From positions 1 through 57,281 of IMG/VR virus record IMGVR_UViG_3300014838_000023: a DNA stretch of 57,281 nucleotides. One strand, 5' to 3'. Positions within the stretch are counted from its first letter, which is position 1. Each line of letters starts with the position of its first letter. Shown piece by piece: positions 19,414 through 29,672 of this stretch. Made by a program: the position numbers and the translations under genes. The stretch is from a virus. Its lineage: Duplodnaviria > Caudoviricetes. The notes beneath the pieces are model-generated. The model was not told the DNA's origin. It did no database searches and was given only the letters and a program-made list of their open reading frames with translations.

Positions 19414-21509
19414 CAGGCTGCCTTCTTCTTCGGCGCGGGGGTTGGCGGAGCGCTATGCGGGGCAAGCAGCGCCGTGAAATGAGTCGCAAGAGCGCGCTTG
19501 TTGGCGGCCTCTTCCTGGATCGCAGCAACCTCTTTCTTGGTCTGCTGAGTCTCGCGGTTTTTCTGCACGCCCGCGACGATGCCGGTCGTCTTCTCCTTGA
19601 CCTGTGTCTGGAGCTTGTCGATCATCTGCTTGGCTTCCTGCAGCGCCTGCTCGAGTTGCGCGACCTGCGGATTGTCGACGGTGAGGAACCGCGAGCCGTC
19701 CTGGTAGCCCATCGTCGCGAAGATTTCCTTGCCGACCTCGGACGTGTTCAATCCGGGTGCGGGCTTCTGCACGATGTTGCTGAAGGCCGTGACGCCAGAA
19801 ATCAGTTTCTGGAGCTTCTGCGCCGGATCCGTGGCCCCCATGCCGACGTTGACCTTCATCGTCAACTCCTGGCTCAGAAGCTCGTCCGTCACCTCGTCGA
19901 TACCGAAGCGCTGGAAGAGTTGCGCGCGGTTCGCGCACAGGCCCAGCACCACGCGATCGGTCTCGTACTCCTGCTCGAGCAGGATGAGCTGGCGCAGCAC
20001 CGGCATGATGAAGGTCACCACGTGCGTTCGGATCAAGTACTCGACCAGTGTGCCGTTGCTCTGGCCCAGCATCGCCATGTTGCGGGCCGGCGAGTTCGCG
20101 CCGCCGTTGGCCATGATGGCGGCCGGATTGAAGTTCCCCAGCAACTCGTCGGAGTCCCGGTCGATGCGGTTTTGCGTCTCGAAGCTCGAACCGGTGACGT
20201 CGGGCCACGAGATCTCGCGCACGTCGTTGACCGGGTCGTCCAGCATGACGACGCCGCCCGGCACGTTGCGCACGAGGCCGGCCACGTCGGCTTCCTTGCC
20301 GCGCTTGACGAACCACTTCTTGTTCAGGACGAACTTGACGTTGTCCAGCGACTGGTTGACGACCTCGTTGGCCTCGTCCTGCAGGCCCCGATTGAGCATC
20401 GGCAGACTCGAGGGAATCGTCTTGTGCGTCTCGATGATGCAGCAGCCGCAGACGTAGGGCCGCTCGCCGTGAAAGACGATCTCCACCAGCGGCTTGGGCT
20501 CGCAAAGGAGGATCGTGTCGCCGATCGTGTAGAACTCGACGTCACCCTTCGCACCATCCTTGTGGATGTGGCGCTGCACCCAGACGATCTGGTAGGCATC
20601 GATCTCGCGGTCGTCGGGAGCGTAGGGGTCCTGCGCGTCCTTGCCACGCGCCGCGCGCGTGCTGTCCGTCATGCCGGCGCTGGCCGCCACCATGGCGCCG
20701 TCGGCGATGTCGTACCACTCTCCGGTTTCCATGCGCTCCTTGACGTCCTGGGCGTACATGGGAATCAGGTGGATCAGGTAGGGCGAGGTGCCGATCGGGT
20801 CGACCCAGCTGGCGCTCGGATCGAAGCGGAAGTTCTCGATCGGAATCAGGTCGATGCAGGGGCGATCCCGCTTCGCGCTCTTGGGCTTCTTCGGCTTGGC
20901 AACGCTGTCGTCGTTGGCCGCCTCGTAGCCCTGACTCATCGTCGGCTGCCGGACCTCATCCTCTTCATCGGGAGCGACATAGGACCAGTAGACATGGGCA
21001 ATCGATACCCCCACGGTCTGCGCGTCCTGGAAGCCCCCCAGCACGACCTGGAACCACGGGATCGACTTGTCGAGACGGTACTCGACCAACTGCTTCATGA
21101 CCGAGGAGGAGGCGACCTGTGCCTTGCTGGACATGTCGAGCGCTTCGACCGTGAGCACGTCGACGTTGGAGAAAAACGCAGCGGCCGCGGCGGCCTCGTT
21201 CTTCCTGATCACGCTGCGGGTCTTTGGCCGGTAGAGGTGGCTGCGCTTGTCGTACGCCGGCTGGCTGTACTTGCTGTCGCCCGGATGCTGGCTGTTGAAA
21301 GCCCGGATCGAGTCGTCCCACCCCTTGCGGTAGTTCGAGTCGATGTACGAGGTGCTCGAGCGGTACGCGCTCTGCGCACGGGTGAGCCACTTGCTCTGCG
21401 CTTCAGGGGCCTGCTTTCGGCGCGAGACGAGCGCCTCCGACCCCGCCGACGGCTGCGCTTTTTGCGCAGTCGGAGGCGAGTTCTGGGGGTCGTTCGACGC
21501 CCAGGCCAT
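19413..21509 (-). CDS. Portal protein
   Basis: 698 aa with RSHLYRPKTR, ENFRFDPSA and LQDEANEVVNQSLDNV. Position matches a podovirus portal. Confidence 0.85.
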   Translation of the reverse strand: MAWASNDPQNSPPTAQKAQPSAGSEALVSRRKQAPEAQSKWLTRAQSAYRSSTSYIDSNYRKGWDDSIRAFNSQHPGDSKYSQPAYDKRSHLYRPKTRSVIRKNEAAAAAAFFSNVDVLTVEALDMSSKAQVASSSVMKQLVEYRLDKSIPWFQVVLGGFQDAQTVGVSIAHVYWSYVAPDEEDEVRQPTMSQGYEAANDDSVAKPKKPKSAKRDRPCIDLIPIENFRFDPSASWVDPIGTSPYLIHLIPMYAQDVKERMETGEWYDIADGAMVAASAGMTDSTRAARGKDAQDPYAPDDREIDAYQIVWVQRHIHKDGAKGDVEFYTIGDTILLCEPKPLVEIVFHGERPYVCGCCIIETHKTIPSSLPMLNRGLQDEANEVVNQSLDNVKFVLNKKWFVKRGKEADVAGLVRNVPGGVVMLDDPVNDVREISWPDVTGSSFETQNRIDRDSDELLGNFNPAAIMANGGANSPARNMAMLGQSNGTLVEYLIRTHVVTFIMPVLRQLILLEQEYETDRVVLGLCANRAQLFQRFGIDEVTDELLSQELTMKVNVGMGATDPAQKLQKLISGVTAFSNIVQKPAPGLNTSEVGKEIFATMGYQDGSRFLTVDNPQVAQLEQALQEAKQMIDKLQTQVKEKTTGIVAGVQKNRETQQTKKEVAAIQEEAANKRALATHFTALLAPHSAPPTPAPKKKAA

Positions 21510-21755
21510 TTAATCCTTGCTCGCGCGCTTCTTCAGCATGCTGGCCGGAGGCGTGCGTGGGGGCGCCTTGCGCGGGGGACTGCCGTCCTTGTAGCCCGAG
21601 AAATCGGACTGCGGCATATCGCCCTTGCCGAAGGACTCGTCCCACGACTTGCCGAGCTCGCCCGCATCGGAGCCCTCGGCTTGCGAGAGCCGCTTGTCGA
21701 CGACGCGCTTGGGGTTGGTGACCCCGCTTAAGTCTGCTGCTTTGTCGGCCATCAT
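21510..21755 (-). CDS. Hypothetical protein
   Basis: MMADKAADLSG..., abuts the portal start. Confidence 0.45.
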   Translation of the reverse strand: MMADKAADLSGVTNPKRVVDKRLSQAEGSDAGELGKSWDESFGKGDMPQSDFSGYKDGSPPRKAPPRTPPASMLKKRASKD

Positions 21756-21762
21756 TCGTCCT

Positions 21763-22020
21763 TCACAGAGTCGATCTGGCTGTACGCATCGATGCCGACA
21801 TAGGCCGGCTCGACCCACGGCTTGCCGCCTCCCAGTTCGAAAACCGAATCCTCGGATCCGAGTCGAGATAGTCGTCGATGGAGTCGTAGAAGGCGAACCG
21901 CTTGGCCGCTCGCTCATTCATCACCGGGGCCTGCTCACGGATCTCGTTAACGATGGCCGGCGGAGTGGCGATCGACGGCGCAGCGTCGGAAGAGCCGCTT
22001 CCAAAAAGATAGTCGAACAT
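21763..22020 (-). CDS. Hypothetical protein
   Basis: MFDYLFGSG..., GGAGG RBS, coupled to the upstream stop. Confidence 0.45.
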   Translation of the reverse strand: MFDYLFGSGSSDAAPSIATPPAIVNEIREQAPVMNERAAKRFAFYDSIDDYLDSDPRIRFSNWEAASRGSSRPMSASMRTARSTL

Positions 22021-22241
22021 TACGCCATCCTCCGCGCCCAAGGCATGCCGATCTCTCCGGCATCGACACCTGGCGCTGCGCCGCGGCCGACGGGCATGAT
22101 GCCCTGACGGGCCGGCAGAATCTGCGGCATCGGCCCGTTGGCCGGGTTGCCGATGGCATGGCCCGGCGCCACTGCAGGCGCAGGCTGGACCGTGTTCGTC
22201 ATGCTGGTCGGCAGACCGCTCGTGAGCCTCGGATTGAACAT
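22020..22241 (-). CDS. Hypothetical protein
   Basis: 73 aa with AGGAG RBS. Confidence 0.45.
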   Translation of the reverse strand: MFNPRLTSGLPTSMTNTVQPAPAVAPGHAIGNPANGPMPQILPARQGIMPVGRGAAPGVDAGEIGMPWARRMA

Positions 22242-22250
22242 GGCATTCTC

Positions 22251-22610
22251 CTAGAGCGTGTGCAAATGCTTCGGATCGGCTCCGTCGACGTGCGTCGCGA
22301 ACTCCCCGTTCCACTCGCCGCGCTTGAATCCGCAGCGCTCGAGCAACTCGCCGCCCGCAATCATAACGGTGTGCTCCAGGTCCGACGAGGAAAACGCCTT
22401 GCAGGCGTCGATCGTGAACCCATAGTTGCCGGGAATCGCCATGTTTCTCACGACCAGCGTCATGCCCGGCGCCCAGCCGACGACCCACAGATGCGCCGGG
22501 TAGTGCCGGACCAGGACCTCGCAGGCCAGTTTGGCCTTGGCCTCCATCTCGACGGTCTCTTCGTCGAACGAGGAGATGTCGACAGTCTGGATGTCGGGGT
22601 TGTCAGTCAT
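22251..22610 (-). CDS. Conserved phage protein
   Basis: LVRHYPAHLWVV...AGGELLER motif. Confidence 0.6.
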   Translation of the reverse strand: MTDNPDIQTVDISSFDEETVEMEAKAKLACEVLVRHYPAHLWVVGWAPGMTLVVRNMAIPGNYGFTIDACKAFSSSDLEHTVMIAGGELLERCGFKRGEWNGEFATHVDGADPKHLHTL

Positions 22611-23878
22611 ACGACGAAGTTCAGTCTGTTGTAGCCGGCTGGCGGGGCCGTGACCGTGGTGGTGACGCCCAGATTGTAGGAACTGGAACCGATATTGGAC
22701 CCGCTATTGTCCTGAGCTGCAATCCACAGAATGAAGTTCTGGTTCGGCAGCGTAAAGGCCGGATTCGCTTCCGTCACAGGGTTCTGCGTACCGATGAATG
22801 TGCCGTTGATCGAGAAGAAGCATTTGCCAGTGGCGCCATCGATCGCTATGCCGACGACGTCATTCGCGTTGATCGTGTACGCCGCGTTGGCACCGAGCAC
22901 TCCCGCAGCGATCAGACCCGGGCTGTTTCCTGACTGATTACAGCCAGCGAACATGTAGGCCGAGGCCACGCCGATCGGGTTGGCGAGCACCGTCAGCGCA
23001 TCGGCAGCGCCGATGAACCCGACGTCGACGCCCATGTTCGTGGTCGCCGGTACGTTCTTGACTTCGAAATACCGCTTGTCGGTAATTTTGTAGGCAAGCG
23101 CTCCCTGGTTGTTCGAGATGAAGGCACACTTCCAGCCCGTCTGGTTGTCGGAGTGAGTCGCGACACTGTTGCCGACTCCGGACAGGGCCATGCCCGTGGC
23201 TTGCGGCTCGATGAAGTATCCCGACGACCCGTAGGTCGGGGTATGGGAAGTAGGGCAAGAATGGATGTCTGCCCACTTCGTCGGGCACGTGGCCTCCCCA
23301 CTGTCGTTATAGAACGCCAATGTGTCGATCAGGTTTGCCGAATGGGCATTGACAAACGCCTGATTGATGACGACCACTCCGTCCGACAGCCGAGTGATTG
23401 TGCAAGTCGAGTTGCCGGCCCCCGCGACGATCGAGATGTCCATCTGGAACCAGTTGCCAAGAGTGATTTCGCCCCCGGCCCCCAGTTCGATGGTCTCGGT
23501 ATCCAGAGACACCCAGGCTCGACGAAGCGAGTCAAAGGCTTGTTCCCGCCTCGGATTGAACGTCATCACGAAGGCGCCGCTAGAGAGCCCGAACATCACC
23601 CCGGCGGAGTCGTCTTCGTTGTCGGAGACTACTTGGAACTTTCCTGAAAAGCTGGTTGCCGAAATCGAGTTTGTTGGCCGCCTTATTTCTGCAAAGGTCC
23701 CGGAGGTCTGCGACGCACAATCCAATTCTTCGCCGTATGTTCCTTCTGCGACGGTAAACACTGCCCCATTACCATTGAAAACTGTGTATGGAGTCAGCCC
23801 CGCCGCGAACTGCTCGAGGAAACACAGAGGCAGAACCGAGCTCTGGGGGATGAGGGCCCCGAGCTGCAGAGGCGTCAC
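22607..23878 (-). CDS. Lectin-like protein with C-terminal SPRY-like domain
   Basis: KRYFEV...NDVVGIAID...GKCFFSING SPRY-like pattern. GTGA overlap with the upstream gene. Confidence 0.55.
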   Translation of the reverse strand: MTPLQLGALIPQSSVLPLCFLEQFAAGLTPYTVFNGNGAVFTVAEGTYGEELDCASQTSGTFAEIRRPTNSISATSFSGKFQVVSDNEDDSAGVMFGLSSGAFVMTFNPRREQAFDSLRRAWVSLDTETIELGAGGEITLGNWFQMDISIVAGAGNSTCTITRLSDGVVVINQAFVNAHSANLIDTLAFYNDSGEATCPTKWADIHSCPTSHTPTYGSSGYFIEPQATGMALSGVGNSVATHSDNQTGWKCAFISNNQGALAYKITDKRYFEVKNVPATTNMGVDVGFIGAADALTVLANPIGVASAYMFAGCNQSGNSPGLIAAGVLGANAAYTINANDVVGIAIDGATGKCFFSINGTFIGTQNPVTEANPAFTLPNQNFILWIAAQDNSGSNIGSSSYNLGVTTTVTAPPAGYNRLNFVV

Positions 23879-24348
23879 GTCTGATCTCCGCCCAGGCTCC
23901 ATTCGTTCGTGATGTCACTGAGGATCAGGAACAGGAACGAGTACTGGTTCTTCGCCGTGGCTGAACTCGAAAACCTCAAGGTCACACCTCCCGCAGGCGT
24001 GATCGTCAGCGTGCCGACTCCATAGCGTTGGATGATGACGTTGACTCCGGAAGGAACTGCCACACCGCCGTTCGCAGTCGCCAGCGCGGCCGCCGTCGGA
24101 ATCGTCACCGCCATCGCTCCGGCGTTGGCCATGATGAGCCAGGTCGGCAAGAGCAGGTCGGCCGGAGACAACGTGTAGGACGTGCCCGTCTGCCGATTGA
24201 TCCTCATGCCGAACAAGTTCGACAGATTCGTTCGCCTGGTCGTCGGCGCGCCGTTGACGACCTGATCGATGACGATCGAGTCGCTGGCGCCGATTCCTAC
24301 CGCCTGCGGCAGCTGCGAGATGTAGCCCTTGCCAGGAGGTGAGCTCAT
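23875..24348 (-). CDS. Structural adaptor protein, paralogous to the C-terminus of 6558-7403
   Basis: NRQTGTSYTL..AD...Q.YG.G...ITPAGGVT.R...QYS...EW...GD matches the tail protein C-terminus. Confidence 0.55.
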   Translation of the reverse strand: MSSPPGKGYISQLPQAVGIGASDSIVIDQVVNGAPTTRRTNLSNLFGMRINRQTGTSYTLSPADLLLPTWLIMANAGAMAVTIPTAAALATANGGVAVPSGVNVIIQRYGVGTLTITPAGGVTLRFSSSATAKNQYSFLFLILSDITNEWSLGGDQT

Positions 24349-24674
24349 CAGTAGTCCAGTGACAGTTCCTGCGCGGAACCGTAGCCGTTGTTCGCTGCCC
24401 CGGGATTCGAATAGCCGACAGCGATGATGATCGAGTCGCGCATGTCGGGATACTGCGTACCATCGAGCAGAAGCACGGTGTCTCCGATCACCCCGTAGAC
24501 GCCCGTGATGCCGCGGTCGGTGCTGTCGAAGCCGCGGCCGTTCGACCACTTGTAGACGTCGTGGTCCGGGGCCTGGAACTCGCTGCCCCACGCGCGGATG
24601 CACAGGTCGAGCCACGACGTCTCGCGAAACGTCGTCGGACTGCCGAGGTTGTAGTAGCTCGGGTTGGCGACCAT
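24348..24674 (-). CDS. Hypothetical protein
   Basis: 108 aa, coupled to the downstream gene. Confidence 0.45.
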   Translation of the reverse strand: MVANPSYYNLGSPTTFRETSWLDLCIRAWGSEFQAPDHDVYKWSNGRGFDSTDRGITGVYGVIGDTVLLLDGTQYPDMRDSIIIAVGYSNPGAANNGYGSAQELSLDY

Positions 24675-24690
24675 GATGCTCGATTATGCG

Positions 24691-26304
24691 TCAGGTGTAC
24701 TCGGGCTCGGCGTACGACGGTTCGCTGTAGCGCGGCGCCATCGGTTCCATATCGTAGATTCGACTCGCGGCATCGAGCACGTCGACCCGGCCCCCGAATG
24801 GGAAGAAGTGGATCTGGTTGCGAAAGCGCTTGCTCAGATCGTAGATGCGGCCGTTCTCATCGTGCCGGCGAATCGGCTGCGCGATCCGGAAGTCGTAGCC
24901 CTGCTCCTTGACCTTCCTCTGGTTCGCGGTCAGGTTCTTCGGATCGGTCTCGTAGGGGGTGAACAGCTTGTGGTTTCGGATGTCGGGGCCCAGCCTCTGG
25001 ATGCGGTCTCGCTTCGATCCCTCGCCCTCGCGTGGCCACTCGAGCTCGATGATGTCGAAGCGCTTGTTGGTGAGCCGTTGCTGCTCCTCGAAGTACTGCA
25101 GGTCGGCGATGGCTCCGTACTTCTCGTACCCAACCTTGATCGACTGCACGCCGGGCGCGCTCTTCCACTTCTCGTAGAGGCCCAGCATGTACTGCCAGCG
25201 CGCCAGCAGGTCCATCTTCCTGTCGTAGCCATCCAGCAGGTACTTGTTCATCGCATAGTCGAGCCCGAGCACGACCATCGCGGTGTTCGCCGAGCCCTTC
25301 TTGTTCGACCTCGCGGGGTCGACCAGGATGTAGACGTTGATGATCGAGGGCCGGATCTCGTAGACGCCGACATGTTCGATGTTGAACTCGCGCTGCTTGC
25401 CGGCCAGCGGGTTCTGGAGCATCTGCGTCGCGATCGTGCTCTCGCCTTGATCGCGGACCTTCTTTTCCCATGTCTCCTGACTGAAGAGCACGGGATTGCC
25501 GTCGATCGTGCCGTCGTCCGTGGCCGGGTGGACCCGAGGCGACGCAGCGTTTCGGTTCATCACCTCCTCGTAGGTGTCGCCATAGTGGTAGCGCGTGCCG
25601 ATCATCCACTTCTCGCCGCCGATCGCGCCCAGGTTGTCGCTGATCTCCCAGGCCTCCGTCGTCTTGGCGATCTGCTCGGGCGTCGACACCGAGCTGGGCA
25701 CCACCACGTCGTCGTAGACCAGCAGCTGGAAGTGGCGCGACGTCGGCATGCCGTCGACCAGGCCATGCGCCTCGATCGTGGCCTCCTTCGGGTTGGTCTT
25801 TCGCTTGACGGTGATGCCGGCATCGAGCGACCAGACCGGCGAGTCCTTGGCCGGGTTCAGGTAGAAGATCTCGGGGAAGAGGCCGCGCAGCGCCTCGTTG
25901 CTCTCGAACTCCTTCTGGATCTGGCGCAGGAAGGCCTTCGAGATCGGCTTGGTGTGGCTGAAGATGCCGATCGTGATCTCGGGGTTCTTCAGCACCTCCT
26001 GGATGCAGCCGGCATACGTGATGATGGTCGACTTGTAGTGCTCCCGGGCCCAGAGGTCCAGATGCCCGTTCGGCGACGCCTCGACCTCGCGGCATCGCTC
26101 GTAGAGCCACGGGTGCATCATGTCGAGCCGGTTGAGGATGCGGACCAGCAGGTAGAAGCGGTCGTTGCGCGCCAGCCAGCGCTGGCCGGCCGCCTCGAAG
26201 TCCTCCTCGAAGGCGGCCCATAGGTCGGGCAGGAGGGCCATCGGCGCGCCGTGCAGGTCCTCCTTGATCTCGATCGGGACGTCGAGGTCGGGGGTGGGTT
26301 TCAC
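24691..26304 (-). CDS. terL: Terminase large subunit
   Basis: Deviant Walker A (AREHYKST), Walker B (LLVYDD), GTRY, and RNase H-like nuclease residues (VDPA...DVLDA). Confidence 0.85.
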   Translation of the reverse strand: MKPTPDLDVPIEIKEDLHGAPMALLPDLWAAFEEDFEAAGQRWLARNDRFYLLVRILNRLDMMHPWLYERCREVEASPNGHLDLWAREHYKSTIITYAGCIQEVLKNPEITIGIFSHTKPISKAFLRQIQKEFESNEALRGLFPEIFYLNPAKDSPVWSLDAGITVKRKTNPKEATIEAHGLVDGMPTSRHFQLLVYDDVVVPSSVSTPEQIAKTTEAWEISDNLGAIGGEKWMIGTRYHYGDTYEEVMNRNAASPRVHPATDDGTIDGNPVLFSQETWEKKVRDQGESTIATQMLQNPLAGKQREFNIEHVGVYEIRPSIINVYILVDPARSNKKGSANTAMVVLGLDYAMNKYLLDGYDRKMDLLARWQYMLGLYEKWKSAPGVQSIKVGYEKYGAIADLQYFEEQQRLTNKRFDIIELEWPREGEGSKRDRIQRLGPDIRNHKLFTPYETDPKNLTANQRKVKEQGYDFRIAQPIRRHDENGRIYDLSKRFRNQIHFFPFGGRVDVLDAASRIYDMEPMAPRYSEPSYAEPEYT

Positions 26305-27071
26305 GTCGCCACCGCCACGGGCTTCTTGACCGCCATCAGGATCTGCTCGAACCGGCCCTTGATCGCGTCGAAGGAGGTCGCCTGGACCATCGTCACGGTG
26401 GCCGCCGCCTCCTTCTTGGCACGCTCGGTCGCCGCGTCCACGTAGCCGTCAGGCAGGCCCGCGGCCTGCCTCTCGAGCGGAATCAGCGCGCGCAGCGAGT
26501 TGCTGAGCTTGAGTGCAAGGTCGGTGCGCGACGGCAGGCTGATCAGGTCGTGGAAGGCCTGGCGCAGCTTGTTGATCTTGTGCGTCATCTCGCCATCCTC
26601 GTCGACCGGGTTGCAGACATCGGCGATGACCTCGAACAACTCGTGCATCGTGATGGCGGCATCCAGCTCGGCAATCAGGCCCATGACCAGGCGGCGCGTC
26701 TCGGCGATGTCGACACGGTGCTGGCCGACCAGGTCGTCCTGCAGGTTGCCGGTGAACTCGACGACATCGCGGCCCTGCGGCTCCTCGGCTCTCTCGATCT
26801 GCTCGAGGATGAGCTGGCCGATCGGCGAGTCGACAGGCGTTCCAGCGAGTTGCGCGGCCTGCGCCGAGCGCCATGCGTCGCTGAGTGTCGCCAGCGCTGC
26901 CGTCGGGGCCTCGACCGGCTTGACGGCGCGCGGGATCAGTTTGGTCTGCGGGCGCGCGTCACGATAGACCTGCGCCTTCGATTTCTTGCCGGTGACCGAA
27001 ATCGGCGACCGGCCCCCCTTGTTCTTCTTGGGCTGGACCGCCGTCGTGCGCAGGAACTTCGGCTCGGTCAC
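26301..27071 (-). CDS. Terminase small subunit candidate
   Basis: Directly upstream of and coupled to terL. Helical, with LIPLERQA motif. Confidence 0.55.
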   Translation of the reverse strand: MTEPKFLRTTAVQPKKNKGGRSPISVTGKKSKAQVYRDARPQTKLIPRAVKPVEAPTAALATLSDAWRSAQAAQLAGTPVDSPIGQLILEQIERAEEPQGRDVVEFTGNLQDDLVGQHRVDIAETRRLVMGLIAELDAAITMHELFEVIADVCNPVDEDGEMTHKINKLRQAFHDLISLPSRTDLALKLSNSLRALIPLERQAAGLPDGYVDAATERAKKEAAATVTMVQATSFDAIKGRFEQILMAVKKPVAVAT

Positions 27072-27301
27072 AAGACCCCCGAACCGGCGCGCTCCTTCTT
27101 CGGCATGCGGGCCTTGCCCGGCGCGCCCTTGCCGACCTGCTTCTTCGTCTTCTTCACGGCGGCATTGGCGATGCGGATGGCCTGCGCGTCATCGCCGGTC
27201 TTGCCGAGCACGGAGTTGGCCACAGCGGCCCACTGATTCTTCTTGGCCGGCGTCGAGGCCTTCTTCGTCTTGCGCGCCGAGTCCTCGGACGTCCAGGGCA
27301 T
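27068..27301 (-). CDS. ChaB-like small basic protein
   Basis: MPWT...QWAAVANSVL...AIRIANAAVK. Confidence 0.5.
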   Translation of the reverse strand: MPWTSEDSARKTKKASTPAKKNQWAAVANSVLGKTGDDAQAIRIANAAVKKTKKQVGKGAPGKARMPKKERAGSGVL

Positions 27302-27302
27302 C

Positions 27303-27947
27303 TCAGAACCTCCGCTCGTCCTGCATTCGAAGCAGCGCGGCTCGCGGTCTCTCGTGCTCGCGCATCTCGTAACCACAGCCGGTGACGCCGCCCTTCCACG
27401 AGCCCGACTTCTCGCCTACCTCTGCGTCGAATGACACGTCGATACTCTTCGACACACGACGCCAAGGAAACCACGGGCGAGTCCAGAGTCGTGTCTCGAC
27501 CTTGATCGTCGCGTTTCGGCGTTGCACCTCGCCAGATCGAAGCAGGTAAGCGTACGGGTGCGTCTCGGGTTCGGTCAAGACCTTGTGTTCACGGTGTCGC
27601 CACTGCCACGGCATGGCGAAGCATTTGCTCGGATCGTCCCGCTTGCCGTGATTCTTGCCCCAGCACAAGAACAGGACATCGCTGAAGAAGCTGAAGCCGA
27701 ACGTCGGGCCAGAGCATTGCATGTCGTCCGGCACGACCCAAGGCCACGGGAAGGCAACGCCAAGACGCACGAGACCCAGACCAATCCGCACCCAGCCCAT
27801 GCGCTGCTCATGCCAGTCGGACGGGAACTCGACTTCGAAGCACAGACCGCTCAGGCCGAACTTCACATAGGCGACCTCGGCCCACCGCGCCATGAAGAAG
27901 CGCAGCAGCCAGCCGCCGTACTCTCGCTCGACCAGTGCTCGCATCAC
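27303..27947 (-). CDS. Hypothetical Trp-rich phage protein
   Basis: 214 aa with EVGEKSGSWKGG motif and GGAGG RBS. Confidence 0.55.
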   Translation of the reverse strand: MMRALVEREYGGWLLRFFMARWAEVAYVKFGLSGLCFEVEFPSDWHEQRMGWVRIGLGLVRLGVAFPWPWVVPDDMQCSGPTFGFSFFSDVLFLCWGKNHGKRDDPSKCFAMPWQWRHREHKVLTEPETHPYAYLLRSGEVQRRNATIKVETRLWTRPWFPWRRVSKSIDVSFDAEVGEKSGSWKGGVTGCGYEMREHERPRAALLRMQDERRF

Positions 27948-28502
27948 TTCCTCCGTGTGTGGTTGCCGGGATTGCCCGGCGCCGCCGGCACGCGCGGCTG
28001 CGGCTGGCGCGGCTGCGCCGGAACCGGCGTCACGGGCGGGCGCTTCGGGATCGCGGCCACGTCAGACCCAGCCGGGGTTCTTGGGGACGGCCGAGACAGG
28101 AAGGCCGGGGAGCGGCGGCACGAGCGGCGATACGAGCACGGGCGGCGTCGAGGCCATTGAGGCGACGCGCGCCCGCTCCCACTCGATTGCCTTGTTCCAG
28201 ACCGCCTTCAGGCCGGTCATGTGATCGTTTTGCGCGCCGACGTCGTAGACGCCGTGCAGGTCCTTGTCACTCAACATGATGGTCTCCTGGATGGTGATGA
28301 TGCCTCGGGGTGATGGCGAAAAGAGCCGGCTGGCACGGGTCGGGGACGCAGATCGAGACCGGCTGCGGATGCCGGTGATGATGCCCGGGGCCCTGCAGGA
28401 TCTCCAGCTGCGCGGCGTCCCAGACGGACTCGAGGCCCGCCAGGTGGCTCACGATGGCGCCGTCGTCGTAGAACTCCTGGAGCTTGTCGGGGGCGATCAT
28501 GA

Positions 28503-28835
28503 TCAAACGATGTGGGTTTTGCTGGCGGCAGCCGCAGCCGCAGCCGCAGCGACCCTCTCGGCCGTTTCCGTCTTTGCCGCCTGACCCTTCTGGTACGGCA
28601 TCCACTCGGCGAAGTCGCCACCTAGCGGCCGCGCCTCGTCCTCCTGGATCAGGACGATGTCGGTGTAGCCGTGCGGCACGCCTTGCACGTCGAAGACGCA
28701 CAGGCTCACGGCCGAGGGGCCGCAGACCGCGGCGATGACGGCTGCCAGCGGCTGGTTCGGCTGCTTGGCGATGTTGTCGTCTCGGCGCGGCCAGAAGAGG
28801 ACCATGCGGCCGACGGTCGGGGGGATGTGGGCCAT
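28503..28835 (-). CDS. Conserved phage protein
   Basis: PPTVGRMV...PLAAVIA...EWMPYQKGQA. Confidence 0.6.
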   Translation of the reverse strand: MAHIPPTVGRMVLFWPRRDDNIAKQPNQPLAAVIAAVCGPSAVSLCVFDVQGVPHGYTDIVLIQEDEARPLGGDFAEWMPYQKGQAAKTETAERVAAAAAAAAASKTHIV

Positions 28836-29443
28836 CAGTCCCCCTCGACGGCCGGCGCGATCGTCAGCCAGAACTTCTGGCCGGCGTGGAACTGGCCAGC
28901 GTACTCCAGCGGGAGGTGCAGGTCCAGCTTCGAGACGTGCAGGCCGCGCTCGCTGAGCGTGCCGGGGGCGTTGCGCGGGACCCGATGCAGCGTCATCGTG
29001 ACGCCCAGCGCCTGGGGCTGGTCGTCAGCATCACGGTGCATCTCCACTCGCGTCGCCGTGAACTCCTCGCGCAGGATCGGCGGCTGGTGGTCCGGGACTC
29101 GGATCACGCCACCGGGCCGGGTCTCGTCTTCTGGCGGCCGCACGGCCAGCAGGCCGTTGACTCTGGCGATGCTGTCGATATCCAGCGTGCGGACCGTGTT
29201 GGTGCGTTTCTGTTCGGCGGCGATCTCGTTCAACTTCGTCACGAACGTTTCTTCCAGTCTGGCCCCGGCGACGGCGCCGGCCTCCTTGCGCAACGCGTCC
29301 TGCAGGTCGGAGTGCGTGAAGCGCAAAGGTTCGATGTCGACCGCGTCGTAGGGCCCGGACAGCTTCCCCGCGGCCTTGTCGGCCCGGTAGTCGTCGATGG
29401 TCTTGATCGGCGGGTCGGCGATCGGGATGCGGCCGGCCATCAC
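28835..29443 (-). CDS. Hypothetical protein
   Basis: 202 aa with coupled start/stop codons. Confidence 0.45.
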   Translation of the reverse strand: MMAGRIPIADPPIKTIDDYRADKAAGKLSGPYDAVDIEPLRFTHSDLQDALRKEAGAVAGARLEETFVTKLNEIAAEQKRTNTVRTLDIDSIARVNGLLAVRPPEDETRPGGVIRVPDHQPPILREEFTATRVEMHRDADDQPQALGVTMTLHRVPRNAPGTLSERGLHVSKLDLHLPLEYAGQFHAGQKFWLTIAPAVEGD

Positions 29444-29672
29444 TCGTCTCCCGAGTAGCCGCTGTAGCCCGAGTACGCGGACCGCGGGCCGTAGTTCTCG
29501 CCCTGCTGAGACCGCAGGTACATGCTCAGGCGCTTGGGGACGTCGCTGTTCGAATTCACCTTGATGGCGCCGTCGAGCTCAAACGAACCGGTCATGTTCG
29601 GGACAGTCCGCCACTCTTTCGGGCAAACCTCGTGCTCAAGAAAACCTCGGGGTTGGCGAATTTTGGCTCTCC

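Noticed and set aside
19455-21731. 758-aa ORF antisense to the portal (similar long ORFs at 10302-12182, 16634-18223, 24664-26223, 46581-48098 and 48727-50325)
   Set aside because: Shadow ORFs caused by high GC at third codon positions of the real genes. No recognisable motifs.
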